Assembly: GCA_951406725.2 (NCBI GenBank)
Contig: OX597815.1
Span: 166,780,001 to 166,844,000, forward strand
DNA length: 64,000 nt
Reading direction: 5' to 3'
Origin: Octopus vulgaris
Taxonomy: Eukaryota
Below the pieces are notes generated by a model. The model saw only the letters and a list, made by a program, of their open reading frames with translations. It was not told where the DNA came from and searched no databases. The translations under genes were made by a program, and so were the position numbers. Below are positions 41,221 to 57,091 of this stretch, in pieces. Numbering within the stretch: position 1 is the first letter of the stretch; every line of letters begins with the position of its first letter.

Positions 41221-41292
41221 CTTCTTCTTCTTCTTCTTCTTCTTCTTCTTCTTCTTCTTCTTCTTCTTCTTCTTCTTCTTCTTCTTCTTCTT

Positions 41293-41375
<83 letters not shown>

Positions 41376-41380
41376 TACTA
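41221..41380. repeat. (CTT)n(TAT)n microsatellite between head-to-head SINE A copies
   Basis: Direct reading. Confidence 0.95.
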
Positions 41381-41650
41381 GGTGAGCTGGCAGAATTGCC
41401 GGGCAAAAAACTTACATAGTCAATTTTTACGTTCTAAGTTTAAACTCCACCGAGATCAACTTAGCCTTTCGTCCTTTCGGGATCGATAAAATAAGTACCA
41501 GTTGAGTACTGGGGTCGATGTCATCGACTATCCACCCCCGCCCCAATTTCAGGCCTAGAGCCTTTAGCAGAAAGGATTATTATCATTATTAATAATAATA
41601 ATTAAACAGTTTCTAAACAATATACCACACACTACACAGTTCCATATATA

Positions 41651-41682
<32 letters not shown>

Positions 41683-42400
41683 GATAAATTAACACACACA
41701 CACACGCAAGTATATACACACAAACACACACAGGTAAGTGGTTTAGAGGTTAGGGTATTGGACTCATAATCGCAAGATTGTAGTTTCGATTCCTGGACCG
41801 AGCGACGCGTTGTGCTCTTCAGCAGAACACTTCATTTCAAGTTGCTCCAGTCCACTCAGCTGACAAAAATGAATAACCCTGTGACGGACCGACGTCCCAT
41901 CCAGGTGGAGAATATATACGCCGTGGAAAGCGGGAAACCGGCCCTTATGAGTTAGCATGACTCGGGAAGGTAACTTTACCTTTACCTTTATATATATATT
42001 TGTGTCTTAGCAAAAGGACAGTAAGGATGTATGCGAGCAGATATCATTGCTGTGCAGTAATAGCTTCAATACTAAATCAAGAAAGAATCTGGCCATCATT
42101 CGAATAGGGTTGCGTGTGAAACCTTTATTAAATTCACCGGAAACCGTGTGATTATGTTACAAGGGCTCTTCTTTCAGGTTTTCGCTATTTAATCTTTTGT
42201 TGATTTGACACCGAGAAGACCTACTGACATCCTGTATACGCAAAAAGGAGCAGGATGACAAAATTGAAAGTATTAAGTATTAAATGTGATAAAACACACA
42301 AACTTACATAGTTACTATATCGATAAGTAAAATAGTCTTTAGACGTCTCTGCAAACAGATGCGAAAATATCTGTCTATCTATCTATCTGTCCAATATATA

Positions 42401-43290
42401 TACAGGTGAATAAACTGTGGTCTAAATACGCAAAAATAAAAAATGACACTGACATCTCATTTTAACAGATATATTTACTAAAATTACATAAACATATCTT
42501 GAAATACTAAAGAATAAATTTATTCAATAAAATCGCTATTGACTTCAAACACAGCCTCCAGACGACTTCGGAATTTCCTGCAACTCTTCTGGACGCTCTC
42601 CTTATTTAAATTGGTAAATGCTGCCATAATCTTTGCCTTCAGTTCATCTTTGGTGTTACAAGGAGTTTTGTCGGTCTTTCGCTCAACTGCGCCCCACACA
42701 TAGTAGTCAAGGGGATTGCAATCTGGGAGTTAGCTGGCCAGATGTTAAGGGTGACATGGTCGCAGAAATTGACTGGCAGCCATGACTGGGTTCTTCTGCT
42801 TGTGAGGCATGGTGCAGAGTCCTGTCGCCAGACATAGGGTCTTTCAGTAGCCACCCTTTTCACCCACGGCAGCACTACCTCCTCCAGGCACTTGATGTAC
42901 GCTTCCGTATTGAGTGTGGAGCCGTGTGGGAAGATGCATGGAGGTGTAACGTAACCATCACTAGTGATCACTCCAAACACCCTGATGTTGACTGGATATT
43001 TGATTTTTATCACTCTCAGATTGTCATGTCCTCAGATTATCATGTCCTCAGATTGACACTCAAACACTCTCAGATGTTCGTATTGGAGCTTCCGGCGCGA
43101 ATGCCAAGCAGTACAGCATGTCGTTTCCAAATTTCTGGCAGAATGAATTACGTCATGGTGCTGTTTTTTCTCACAGACGGTACCCAACTGACCCTACTAT
43201 TCTGTGTAGTCGAGTAAAATCAAAAACAAACAATGCGCATGCGCAAATTAAAATTGTAAAACGGGGACAATTTATCCATCGCACCGTGTA
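42401..43290 (-). mobile_element. maT (DD37D) transposon, internally deleted copy of the same family
   Basis: The terminus at 43262-43290 is the reverse complement of 34922-34950, with a remnant TACAGG end at 42401. WRQDSAP...WPANS(PDCNPLDY) has 37 residues between the last two Asp after a frameshift correction. Confidence 0.88.
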
Positions 43291-43608
43291 TGAAAGAAGT
43301 ATGTATAATTGTGAATGAATCATAATTATAACGGAGAGTGTTGCAAAAACCCTTACATGTCTAGAAATAGTAACCAAAACCGCTATAAAGCTACTGTAAC
43401 CACTCATATTATAGAGGACTACCCTTTTATTTAAGTTTTGAATTTTATGTCATGTCGCCCGCCGACACCTCTATTGTGAAGGGATATAATATGAGTGGTT
43501 ATAGTGGTTTTATAGCGGTTTTGACTGCTATTTCTAGACATGTAAGGGTTTTTGCAAACTTCTCCGTTATAACTATGATTTATTCACAATTACATACACT
43601 TCTTTTAT
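43290..43608. repeat. Inverted repeat, ~124-bp arms (43290-43413 / 43485-43608)
   Basis: TGCAAAAACCCTTACATGTCTAGAAATAG...ACCACTCATATTATA versus TATAATATGAGTGGT...CTATTTCTAGACATGTAAGGGTTTTTGCA. Confidence 0.92.
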
Positions 43609-43715
43609 GAAAATATTTTTTGATTGCATGTTCTAGCCAATGATATATTCGTAAATAATTTTGAATTGTTTATGATATATCTTTCGCAATGTAATTTAAT
43701 ATTCCCCTATAATTA

Positions 43716-43804
<89 letters not shown>

Positions 43805-43832
43805 GTCTAATATATATATATCTGTCTGTCTA

Positions 43833-43881
<49 letters not shown>

Positions 43882-43887
43882 TGTCTA

Positions 43888-43957
<70 letters not shown>

Positions 43958-43962
43958 GTCTG

Positions 43963-44024
<62 letters not shown>

Positions 44025-44399
44025 CAGACAGGTATATATATATTTAGATGGACGGATAGATTGATAGATAGGTAGGTAGGTAGGTAGATAGATAAATTAT
44101 ATACACGAGTGTGTGTGTGTGTGTGTGTAAGTATATAATATGTGTATACATATATATTCATATTTTAATATGTATATATGTGTGCGTGCTCGCGCTCGTA
44201 GGTGTGTGTACTCTCACAACGCATTTCTACTTCAATCAGGAAGGTATTTGCCAGGTAGATGTAACCCCAACGTAAATGGAGCGTAGCATCAGTGACGGGA
44301 AAGTTGTTCATTTATCTAAATATTTACATACACGCATCCCAGTAACATACACATATAATCCTGCGTACATGTATATAAGATTGTATGTGTTTGTGTATG

Positions 44400-44430
<31 letters not shown>

Positions 44431-44509
44431 TTTTCCGATTGGTCAAACTAATACACTTGCTTGTTGTTCCTGCACCTATTTTTGTCTTTTGTTTTTCTAT
44501 CAATTTCAA

Positions 44510-44602
<93 letters not shown>

Positions 44603-44652
44603 CACATATATCGAGAAAGAGAGTCTTTCTCGATATATATACATACTTACAT

Positions 44653-44740
<88 letters not shown>

Positions 44741-45721
44741 ATGTATATATTCCTTTATACGTTTCAGTTATTTGACTGCGGTCATGCTGGAGCACCATCT
44801 TAAAGGATCTTAGTCGTAGAAATCGACCTTAGGACTTATTCTTTGTAAGCCTAGTACTTATTTCATCTGTATTATAACCCCGTATTATAACGCACACGTT
44901 ATGATACAGAGTTTGCTGCACTGATTTTCGCGAGTGCCTACGGAAGTGACCCCCACCTGCCCACCTGACACCACGGTACATTATGAAAATCTCACATGAT
45001 TCATGTACAGTTGACCATATATTTATATGCAACACAATATCTGCTACATTTGTACTCTATCTTCGGACTTCGTTGCGACTCCCATTGTTTTTGATAAGCA
45101 TTTCACTTATGAATGGACAATTTTAGCATCAGATGCTAAAATAAGACTTAATATGTTTCACTTCAAGCTCATCTCTGACCAGTTCATGTATATGAAGATG
45201 CATCTATCATGACAATTTTATCTTATTTTCAGACATAGTGTACTTACGAGTACATTAACAAATGCATCAGTCTTTTTTCTTAGGATTTTTCTTAACATAT
45301 GGTGCGAAAAGAATTTAGCTACTATTTCTAACATGGGACGCAACCCCCATAGAGATCACTGTGTTGGCTTCTTATTGTATAAAGAAGGTGACGGTGGCTA
45401 TGTGTAAACGACAGCAATTCTACGTACATTAATTAAAAGTAGGCTCTATCAGTAAATAATGGCTCAATATATGTTTATAAGTTTATTATGTAATAATTGT
45501 TTTATGGGCGAGTAATCAGCAAGAACCACCAAATCAATCGACTTGATGGTACAAATATATTACTGGTATTTTATTTGACCGGCTCTCTTTTGTAGAGAGA
45601 AAGATAAAGTCGACTTCAGCCCCAATACATAATATGTAAAGGTATTTTGTCTGGCGCTTTACTCATTTTTTTCAACCTGCAGCCATTAATAGTGAAGGGT
45701 AGCAATTTGGCAGAATATATT

Positions 45722-45821
<100 letters not shown>

Positions 45822-46724
45822 CGAAGCTTATTACCCAGGCTGCTGCAGCTACTAGTGGTGAAGATGAAGAAGACGATTATGAAGGTGCTAATTTTTTGAA
45901 TACTGATGGTTCTCGTAGTGCTAGATAGAGGTTATGACAGCCGTAGTGGTGGCTGTTACTTAGTCCCAAATCAACCTCAGTCGTACGGGATTTTATGATT
46001 AAAAGCATTGCAGCTGTGAAGATCTAGTCGTGGGCCAAGGATCTGACTATCCAAACCGCCATTTTCTTAGACAGTGATGTGGTATAATTTAAGGGAGATC
46101 TGGCAGCTATTTCTAGTATATCAAGCGACCATATAGAAGCTCCCTAGTGGCTGAAACTGTTGCTTGATGCTTGTGGTAGTATATACAACATAGAAGTTAT
46201 CTACAGGAGTGCACAGTGACATTTTAATTCTAAACATGCTTAAGCCATTTGATATGTTTGGAAAAACAATACAAGTATGCAATCATTTATTATGTTCTTC
46301 ACATGTAACACATCACATAAGGAAAGTATTAAAAAGTGTAACGCACACATGAATATGTAATTTCACACATACATGCGACATACATACACGCATATACAAA
46401 TATTTCTCAAATCTTTTTTTCTGTATTTTCTTCCTTTAACAGTATACCATCCCGTTTCTCCTCACATACTACAAAGAAGAATTTGATTTTATATGCAATG
46501 CATTACATAATATTGAAAACTTTATAATTAAATTAACATTATCATCCATAAGATCAAACAAAAAAACAGCAAAAACAGTATGAGTAATGACAGAATATAA
46601 AAAAACAAAACATTTGCAATCAGAATTTGCGCAATGGAATTTCCACTCTTGCAATTTCCCGCAAATTAAGAATCGCGGTCTTACATGTACACAGAAAATC
46701 CGCGCAAATACAGACACGTGTGTC

Positions 46725-46759
<35 letters not shown>

Positions 46760-47055
46760 ATGTGTGTGTGTGTGTATGTATATGTATGTGTATATATATA
46801 TGTATATATGTATATCTATATATGTATGTATATGTATATATATATATATATATGCATATATGTATATGCATATATATATATGTATGTATATATGTACATA
46901 TATATAAATATGTATATATATGTATGTATATACGCATATATATATAAATATGTATATATATATATATATATGTATGTATATATGTATATATATATATGTA
47001 TATGTATATATATATATATGCATATATATATATATATATGCATATATATACATAC

Positions 47056-47109
<54 letters not shown>

Positions 47110-48094
47110 ATGTGTGTTGGGTAATAATTTAGTTCAATATTAAATTGCTTTTAAATATAACTTCCTATAGAAATAAACGCATAAACACGTATATATTTAT
47201 GCATGTATGTATGTATGTACGTATGTATGTATGTATGTATGTATGTATGTTTGTATGTTTGTATACATACATACATGTATATTCGTATGTATTCGTGTGT
47301 ATATCCGTAACTATATCTTTACATATAAAATGGGGACAGTATAAATGCATAAATGCATGACTTCATTTATTTCAGTAAGTTTGATAAATGGAGTTAATTG
47401 CTTGATCGTCTGTAATCAAAACGCATTCATATATGACGAGTTTGATTGACTTTGTGGGAGAAGATACTCATTCCCTCTTATGTCTATCTTTGGGGTGTTT
47501 AATATCAGCTTAAAAAAACAAATGAAACAATGAGGAGAATATACAATGATCCAATTCTCTACAATAGTGAACTGCCAAGTCTTGTCTTATTATAGCATCT
47601 AGTTATAGTTTTGTAGTGTGTGGTTGGACCATTGATATTCAAATGTGTTTTTGATGAGACCATATTTTTTGTTGAATAGACAACGTAAAACTAAACAAAT
47701 TTAGATTTGGTTTCGTCAGAAAAAACAAACAAACTTATACATGCTAATATCTTTGTAATTTGTAAATTGTTGTTGTTGTTGCTGTTTATTACCTGGTCAG
47801 CCATTTTTAAGCAAACCTTTGATAGAAAGTGCTCCGACCTCTCATTTTGTCTTTTTTTTCTTTCACCTCAACCATAACTTTATCTGCCATCCTATATAAC
47901 CATTATTTTTTTTCAAGGCTTCAGAGTGTGGTTTGAGGGACGTTTATTTACTTGTTGTAGCAAACGGACAATCTAATGACTATTTAACAAGTGATATACA
48001 TCTACCTGTCATCAAATGTTCAAAAACTTATATTTATTACAGCTCAATATTTTAAGCTTTAGTATAAATTCTTGGAGAAAACCTGACTAATATT

Positions 48095-48161
<67 letters not shown>

Positions 48162-48639
48162 GTGATAATCGTTTCTACTATGAACACAAGGCCTGAAATG
48201 TTGAGGAGTAGTTCTGTTGAAGACCTCGTCTCCAGTATTCAACTGGTACTTATTTTATCGATCCCGAAGCAATGACAGTCAAATTTGACCTCTGCGGAAT
48301 TCGAACCGAAAAACGTAAGGACAAGCGAAATGAAGCTAAGCCCGCAAATAAACTGGTATCATATATTGGCTTCTGATGGTAGGAATGAGATAATATAACA
48401 CAATTACTTCTTGTCCTCTTGACAACATTTGATAAATTTGGATGATTTCACTAACGGCATGAAAACTTAGTAAAATACTCCATTCAGCACGAGTCCACTT
48501 TGAGCTGTACAGTACTTGACAAGTGTATCATATATCAAACACTTTACACCGGTGAGAAACATTATGCTGTTATCCGAAGAAGTGCTAGAGAACTTTGAAG
48601 TAATTAATGAAGCAAGCAACATCGCAAAAGTAGACAGTA

Positions 48640-49070
48640 GTGCAAACATTGGGAACCATACTAAATAATGTATGCAGACGCTTAAAAATAAAACCACACA
48701 TGGTGCCAGCAAACATGCTGAAGAAATTATTAGTGTTCTGTACAAGAGAAGTATCCTTTTGATGTTTGCCAGATAAATTATATAAGCAAGTAGATGGAAT
48801 AGCCATAGGCTCTCCCTTAGGATCCACGTTCGCAGCATTCTATTGGACACAACAGAAAGTGGTACGAAGGCATAAACATACGATACACATAAGTTTCGTG
48901 GACGATAAATTCGTTGTAAAGTACAGACCAAAAGACTGTACTTTACAGCGAATTTATCATCCAAATGTTCAAGGAAATAACTCCGAACTAAAATTTAACC
49001 TTTGGCGCAGTAGAAATAAAACTCCTTGCGATACAGTAACTCTGTTTTTAGATGCAAGATTCAGGTAGAA
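48640..49070 (+). mobile_element. Penelope-like RT fragment (decayed)
   Basis: LYKQVDGIAIGSPLGSTFAAFY (PLE YxQxxGxAMGSPL motif), SFVDDKFV (YVDD) and LFLDA. Confidence 0.75.
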
Positions 49071-49114
49071 AATACAAATACATCATGTCGATTTCCATTA
49101 AAGGCGCAAATATG

Positions 49115-49335
49115 ATTCTTTATTACCCACAAGGGGCTAAACATAGAGGGGACAAACGAGGACAGACAAACGGATTAAGTCGATTACATCGACCCCAGTG
49201 CGTAACTGGTACTTAATTTATCGACCCCGAAAGGATGAAAGGCAAAGTCGACCTCGGCGGAATTCGAACTCAGAACGTAGCAACGGGCGAAATACCGCGA
49301 AGTACTTCGCCCGGCGTGCTAACGTCTCTGCCAGT
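49115..49335 (-). mobile_element. SINE family A, well-preserved copy
   Basis: Reverse complement of the family A consensus, including the CGACCCCGAAAGGATGAAAGGCAAAGTCGACCTCGGCGGAAT core. Confidence 0.88.
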
Positions 49336-50277
49336 TTTACATACACAGAAATGACGAATGTTCATAATGATGCAGAATGGAATGATTAGATTTTCTCCCA
49401 CAAACGAAGCACATAATAAAAGAAATACTCAGAATAAAACGAACACTAATAGGCAACTGATATTCTGACAAACTAATGAACCATGATAGAACAAATGCAA
49501 CGAAACAAACGCTTCAAACACTACATTCATTAAAAATACATAAATTACATACGAAGAGTATTACATGAATTCAGTGTATGGTAACTATATAATGAACACA
49601 TTACAAAAGCCTAGTAAAACTGAACATAAATGTACTACACCAAATCACAAAAAAGAAAAGCGCAAATAATGTTCTACAAAAACACCGAAAGAAAACAATG
49701 CTATCGATAGGTAACCACAAGTGTGTAAGCTCGAGAATAAAGTACAAGTAACCAAAACGATTAATTAATTCGACTGCAAACGTGGAAGTTGTTAACTTCA
49801 CAACTCCAACAGTTTCACTGACCATACAAATACGACACACTTCCACCGTCTCACCCTGAAGGGTAATAGCAATGAAATACACCACACATCAAAACAAAAC
49901 TAAAAAAGAAAACCGCTGACGGACAACACATCAACTCTCTCTTGGATTCTTTATTGGCTAATGGCAGACGTGATATTCATGATAATATAATGCTTACACA
50001 CACACAAACGCACACACACACACACGCACACATACACACAAACACAAACACACAGACAAAGACACACGCATGTATACACACACACATGAAGACAGACAAA
50101 ATAAACTAATGGCGAACAAAAATAACCACCTGATTGTTAACAGATAAATCTAACGGTCAAAATTCAAATATAGCTGGTAATATCGAGAGCAATTATATTA
50201 ACTCTGCCTACTATAAAGACGTAGTAACGTTGGGGGCGGATTCTGAAACTGCCTCATACAGGCAGCAAAGGACTTTT

Positions 50278-50356
<79 letters not shown>

Positions 50357-50712
50357 TATATATATATATAAGGGTAAAGACCTCCTTCGGTCATGAATGA
50401 CCATGGGATTGCACCTAGAAAGTTACCCTCCTAGACACAAGTCCGGGCAAGGTTGTTTATGGAAGACCAGCAGTCGCCCATGCATACCAGCCTCCCCTCT
50501 CCACGCCACCAGTGTTATCCAAGGGAAAGACAAAGGTCGATACAGCTTGGCACCTGTGACGTCGCAACACATTTCTACAGCTGAGTGAACTGGAGCAACG
50601 TGAAATAAAGTGCCTTGCTCGAGAACACAACACGCAGCCCGGTCCGGGATTCGAGCTCACAACCTCACGATCGTAAGCTCGACGCTCTAACCACTGAGCC
50701 ATGCGCCTTCAC

Positions 50713-50745
<33 letters not shown>

Positions 50746-51022
50746 GAGACGCGTGGATTAGTGGTTAGGGTGTCAGCATCATGATCGTATGGTTGTAGTT
50801 TCGATTCCTGGACCGGGCGACGCGTTGTGCTCTTGAGCAAAACACTTCATTTCACTTCATTTCACCCAGCTGGCAAAAATGAGTACCGCTGCGATGGACT
50901 GGCTGTGGTACACATACGCCAGCTGTGGTACACATACGCCATGGAAACCGGGAAACCGGGCCCATGAGCCTGGCTAGGCTTTAAAAAGAGCACATTTATT
51001 TATATATATATACATACATACA

Positions 51023-51058
<36 letters not shown>

Positions 51059-51076
51059 TGCATGTATGTATGTATG

Positions 51077-51110
<34 letters not shown>

Positions 51111-51480
51111 TGTATGTATGTATGTATGTATATGAAGACTTCATTAAAAAGAAGTAAACTGGAATATGAAGATGTTTAAATGAATAGCTGGTACCCCTAT
51201 GCATAGACGCACGTAAATACCAGCCCCCCCCTCCACACACACTTGTATATGTATGAATGGATGTGTGCGTGTATGAATGTATATAAAAACTTCAAATGAA
51301 TTGTTTAATCCTCTCTAATATATTTGCAATAAAACCTATTAAATACGTATGTGCGCGTCCATATGTGCTTACATAAAAATTTGTGTGGGTAACGCTACAT
51401 ATCTGTACTTGTATATATATATATATGTATGTATATATATGCATACATACATACATATATATACATATATATATATATAC

Positions 51481-51576
<96 letters not shown>

Positions 51577-51586
51577 TGATATATAT

Positions 51587-51647
<61 letters not shown>

Positions 51648-52018
51648 CGGGTGTACGAAAATGTATGCATGCAATGTATGGGAACCTATAGATGTATATT
51701 TGCCACCCATAATAATGTAAGCGTTTATGCGGAGTATGCGTGTGTGTGAGTATGTGTTTGTTGGTGTGTGTTGGTGTATGTGTGTTGGTTTGTATGTGTG
51801 TGAGCGTGTATGTGCACGTCTATGTGCTACGCTCAAAGATCCAAAACTGCTATTCCGTCTCCCATACATAAGCACCTTCAGGTGTACGAAGGCTAATAAT
51901 GTAAGACGTTTACAGGTGTCTGCTGAATGGAGCAATTTATGTTGTAATTAAACTATTACCGGACTCCACAGTGAAGAGGGACAGGGGACAGCCAGTGGCC
52001 TTATCACCACGACCAGCG

Positions 52019-52083
<65 letters not shown>

Positions 52084-52294
52084 GTATCCGATATTTTAAT
52101 TGCTTGCATTATCTGGAAACGTAAGATTTACATTGGAATAATGATTAGTTGTGTTGCTCATTACACTCTGTTAAGGACATAAATATATGTATGTATGTAT
52201 GTATATATGTATTTATGTATGTATATGTATGTATATATACATACATACGTATATATATATATATATATATATATGCATATATATATATACATAC

Positions 52295-52339
<45 letters not shown>

Positions 52340-53177
52340 TATATATTTACACATGTATTTACAATAAATATATATACATATACTTCAATATATATACATA
52401 TATATGTATATAAACATATACATATTTACACATTCATCTATCCACCCATCTTTACACACATACATATAGGCAGTTAGACAGACAGACCGATAGATATACA
52501 GCTAGATATAGATATATAATGAGATATATTTAAAATGCTTATGCGAAATCCTTAGCCCTTAGTCCTTAGTTTCTATAATTACATTTCAAGTTGGCACAAA
52601 CCATGGAATATAAGAGAGTTGGGTGCTAGTCTTTTACATTGTCACGTCAGCGCTGGTTGACTAGTAATTTATTTTATCGACCCTGAAGTGATTAAAAGTA
52701 ACAATCAATTATTAATACGGAGATGTTTAAAATGTTTCATTCATTTTCGAGCCCACAAGTTCATTGCCTATTCCTGTTGTTCTTCATATGGTACCCGAGG
52801 GCCCCATATATGATTGGGTGGGGAGACACGTAACAAAATAATAAATTGGGGATTCACAATAATATTTTAAGGGCTCCTTAAAAATACTTTGCTTTAGATG
52901 TGTGTATTGGTATGTATTGCAAGAAACAGCTAGGTTTCTTTCTCAAGCAATGTATGAAAAACAAAATAGGAATTTTGAAAAAAATATCTGTAAACCTTTA
53001 TTTTTTTTTTAACATTACATGGCAATGGGAGTCCACCAGAATAAATTAGTAATCAAAGGGATACATAGATAAAAACTGGTTGAGTGCAATGCACACTTCG
53101 TTGGACGGGATGCCAGCCCGTTGTAAGATAAATCTCCACCTGTCGTTAGTAATAATATGTGCATGTGTGTATGCATG

Positions 53178-53234
<57 letters not shown>

Positions 53235-53639
53235 GTGTGTGTGTATATATATAATAAATGTTTTGGGGTGAGGCAAAACTCCCTGACTTGAAAGTGTTCA
53301 ATGAGCAATTACAATTCCTTATTTATGAATAATTCCATATTACTCGGGGCAATAAACTAAATCTATGGCAGAATTAAAAAAAAATGAAATAAAATTAGGG
53401 GAAAAGATCTTCATTTTCGTCTGTCAGCGATAACTTGTAGACGGGGGCGTAATACGGAAAATGAAGACGATAAGGCCTCGGAGTTTGCTGGTCATTGCTC
53501 CCACGTGACAATGATTTTGCGCTATGCAATAAACTCGTTGAACCTAGCTATATATTCATCGCTACTTAATTCTATTAAAACATTATTTGCCTAGTTCCTA
53601 ACATTGTCTATCATTTATTGTCTCTGCACGCCAAAATAA

Positions 53640-54012
53640 TACAGTAATAATATTTGATTTAGGCTCAAGGCCTGTAATTTTGAAGTATATCATTTTGACC
53701 GGTACTTCATTTTATCGATCCAGGAAAGGTGAAAGGTAAATATGATATCGGCGGGATTTGAAGACAAATCCTAAAGAGCTTGAATAAATACCGCAAGGTA
53801 TTTCTTCTATCTCTTTAACGGTTCTGCAAACATGCGCAGCCCTCCGAATAATAATAATAATCTTTTCTATTAAGGGCACAAGGCCTGAAATTTGGGGAGG
53901 GGATAAGTCGATTACTTCGACCCCAATGCGAAACTGGTGCTTATTTTATCGACCCCGAAGGATGGAAGGTAAAGTCGATCTCAGCGGAATTTAAATAATA
54001 ATAATAATAATG

Positions 54013-54048
<36 letters not shown>

Positions 54049-54261
54049 GCTTCAATTTTGTCACAAGGGCAGCCATTTTGGAGGAGGGTATAAGTCGATT
54101 ACGTAGACCAAGGGTGTTTCACTGGCACTTAATTTATCGATCCCGAAAGGGTTAAAAGCAAAGTCGACCTCGACGAAATTTGAGCTTAGAATGTAGCAGC
54201 AGACGAAATACCGTTAAGGATTTCGTCCGGTGTGCTAACGATTCTGCAAGCTCACCGCATC

Positions 54262-54329
<68 letters not shown>

Positions 54330-54580
54330 TGATGATGATAATAGGCACAAGATCTGAAATTTTGGGAAAAGGAGATAATCCATACCAGTGTGAAAATGGT
54401 ACGTATTTCATCGATCAGTACGTAACTGGTTCAAATTTTATCGGTCAGGAAAGAGAAACAAAGGCAAAGAGGTCGACTTCGTCTTTCAAATTTTCAGGGT
54501 CGATAAAGTAAGTACCAGTTGAGCATTGGGGGTCATTGTAATCGCCTAATCTCTTACACGAATTTTGAGGCCTTGGTCAG
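53640..54580 (-). mobile_element. Cluster of SINE family A copies separated by (AAT)n
   Basis: Three to five copies of the core interleaved with AAT repeats. Confidence 0.8.
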
Positions 54581-54843
54581 AAAGGACATTTTACGAACGT
54601 CAATGCAGGGTTATGTGGTAAAGAATAGTTAATGAAATTTATCAATATTCATAAAGGTTAATGTGGTAATTTCAGTACTTTAGCAATTACCTATTTTAGG
54701 TAACCAATATTATTGCGATCTGTAGGATAAATTCATATTTCTAGAGGTTCGCCTTCGTCTAATTTATTATTACAGGCCGAAGAGTGGTGTACACTGGTCA
54801 TACCCGCATACAGACCGACTTCATTCAATGTGTTCGACAGTGA

Positions 54844-54929
<86 letters not shown>

Positions 54930-54941
54930 CCTATCTATCTC

Positions 54942-54994
<53 letters not shown>

Positions 54995-55045
54995 ATACAT
55001 TCCAATAAAGGCACTGGTATACAGACATACACATACCTATGTACG

Positions 55046-55077
<32 letters not shown>

Positions 55078-55096
55078 TATATGTATGTATATGCGT

Positions 55097-55157
<61 letters not shown>

Positions 55158-55575
55158 TTCATACACACATACATATGTTTTTGCTAATATGAATATACAT
55201 ATCTACACGTATACACAGAGAGAGAAAAAAAAACGCACCTATGAGCACATTAATTAAAACATCGTAATGCACCAGTGCATACATATGTGTTCTATTCATA
55301 CGCGGTCCCTTTAAGAATTATCAACAATAGCCAATGTGGTTTTTATGTGAAAAGTCGGTCAATAAATGAACGAGGGCAGAGTGAATTTGAGATTCTATAA
55401 CAAAACCTGGATCGCATGCGCGCGCGCACACATACACACACACACAAACACACACACATTGAGGTGCGTAAGAACAGCCGAGTAACTTATTAAATACGCC
55501 TAGTTAGCTAATCTTTACCTCCAATCAAGCCAACCAGTTCTAATATCGGGTCATTTTGTTGCACTAACTAAACAT

Positions 55576-55637
<62 letters not shown>

Positions 55638-55660
55638 TATGCATATACATACATACATTC

Positions 55661-55691
<31 letters not shown>

Positions 55692-55715
55692 CATACATAC
55701 GTACACACATATCTG

Positions 55716-55782
<67 letters not shown>

Positions 55783-55806
55783 CGCTCTCTTTCTCTCTCT
55801 CTCCCC

Positions 55807-55837
<31 letters not shown>

Positions 55838-56454
55838 TATACATACATATATATTTATATATATATACATATATATACATACATACACATACATACACAC
55901 ACACACACATATATAAATATATGCATGTATGCCTGTATGTATGCATGTATGTATGTATGTATGTGTATATATGTGTACGTATGTATATTTATATAAATAT
56001 ATATATATTATAGACCACACATACTCAACGTATGTGTTTTGCTTCACTGGCGCCGCTTCTAAATCATATTTGAATATTAGTGCGCGCGCGCGCGCGTGCT
56101 TATGTGTGTAGGTCCTTGGTTCAGTGGTTAGGAGTGTTGCGCTCATGATTTGGGCTTCGATCTCTGGACCGATCGACGCTTTTGCGCTTTTGAGCAGAAC
56201 ACTTCCTTTCAATTTGTTCCAGTCCACTTAGCTGGGGAAACTAAGTAATTCTATGGCAGACCGGCGTCTCATCCGGGTGGAATATATACGCCGGAGAGCC
56301 CGGAAAACCGCCCTATGGCTCATAATAGAAACAAACTGACATTAAAGTGTGGGATTAGCCAGTCTTTTTGTAGAGTAGTTATTCATTATTCATTAAAAGA
56401 ATAATGTTTATTACAGTGCCGGCCTGTTTAACCTCAATCGGACATCCGATATTC

Positions 56455-56486
<32 letters not shown>

Positions 56487-56640
56487 GTATATATATGTGT
56501 GTGTGTATTTCATACGTATGTGTTGTGTATGTAAGAATATGTAAATAATAGTAAGCAAACGGTATAATGTATGAAGCCTTGAACGCCCGTTCGTTATCCT
56601 TTCCAAATAATAGTGAACACACACACATGTATACATATGC

Positions 56641-56689
<49 letters not shown>

Positions 56690-57045
56690 GGAGTAAGCAC
56701 ATATCTGCACCTTCTGTGTATACATACATACATATATATATCTCCACGTGCATACATATGTTTTGACTATAGCGAAATGCATTTTGTTCTGAGCGATGAC
56801 GTTAGAGACACAAAATGTATTGTGTTGGAGGACGATTGATTTCAGTAAAACAAATATTGATGCTCAGACATGGCATTCTTTATTCTTCATTCATTAATCT
56901 TAATAATCTTTCAAAGAGGTTTCCTCAAGATTTATGTATGTATGTATGTATGTATGTATGTATGTATGTATGTATGTATGTATGTATGTATGTATGTATG
57001 TATGTATGTATGTATGTATTTACCTAGCTAGCTAGGTAGGTCTCT

Positions 57046-57091
<46 letters not shown>

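Noticed and set aside
50640-50712. tRNA-like sequences at SINE heads
   Set aside because: They continue into SINE bodies and lack a full cloverleaf, so they are not tRNA genes.
55505-55545. TGGAG|GTAAAG on the minus strand as a possible SoxE exon 1 donor
   Set aside because: The upstream frame reads RTGWLDWR, not the HMG SKTLGKLWR.
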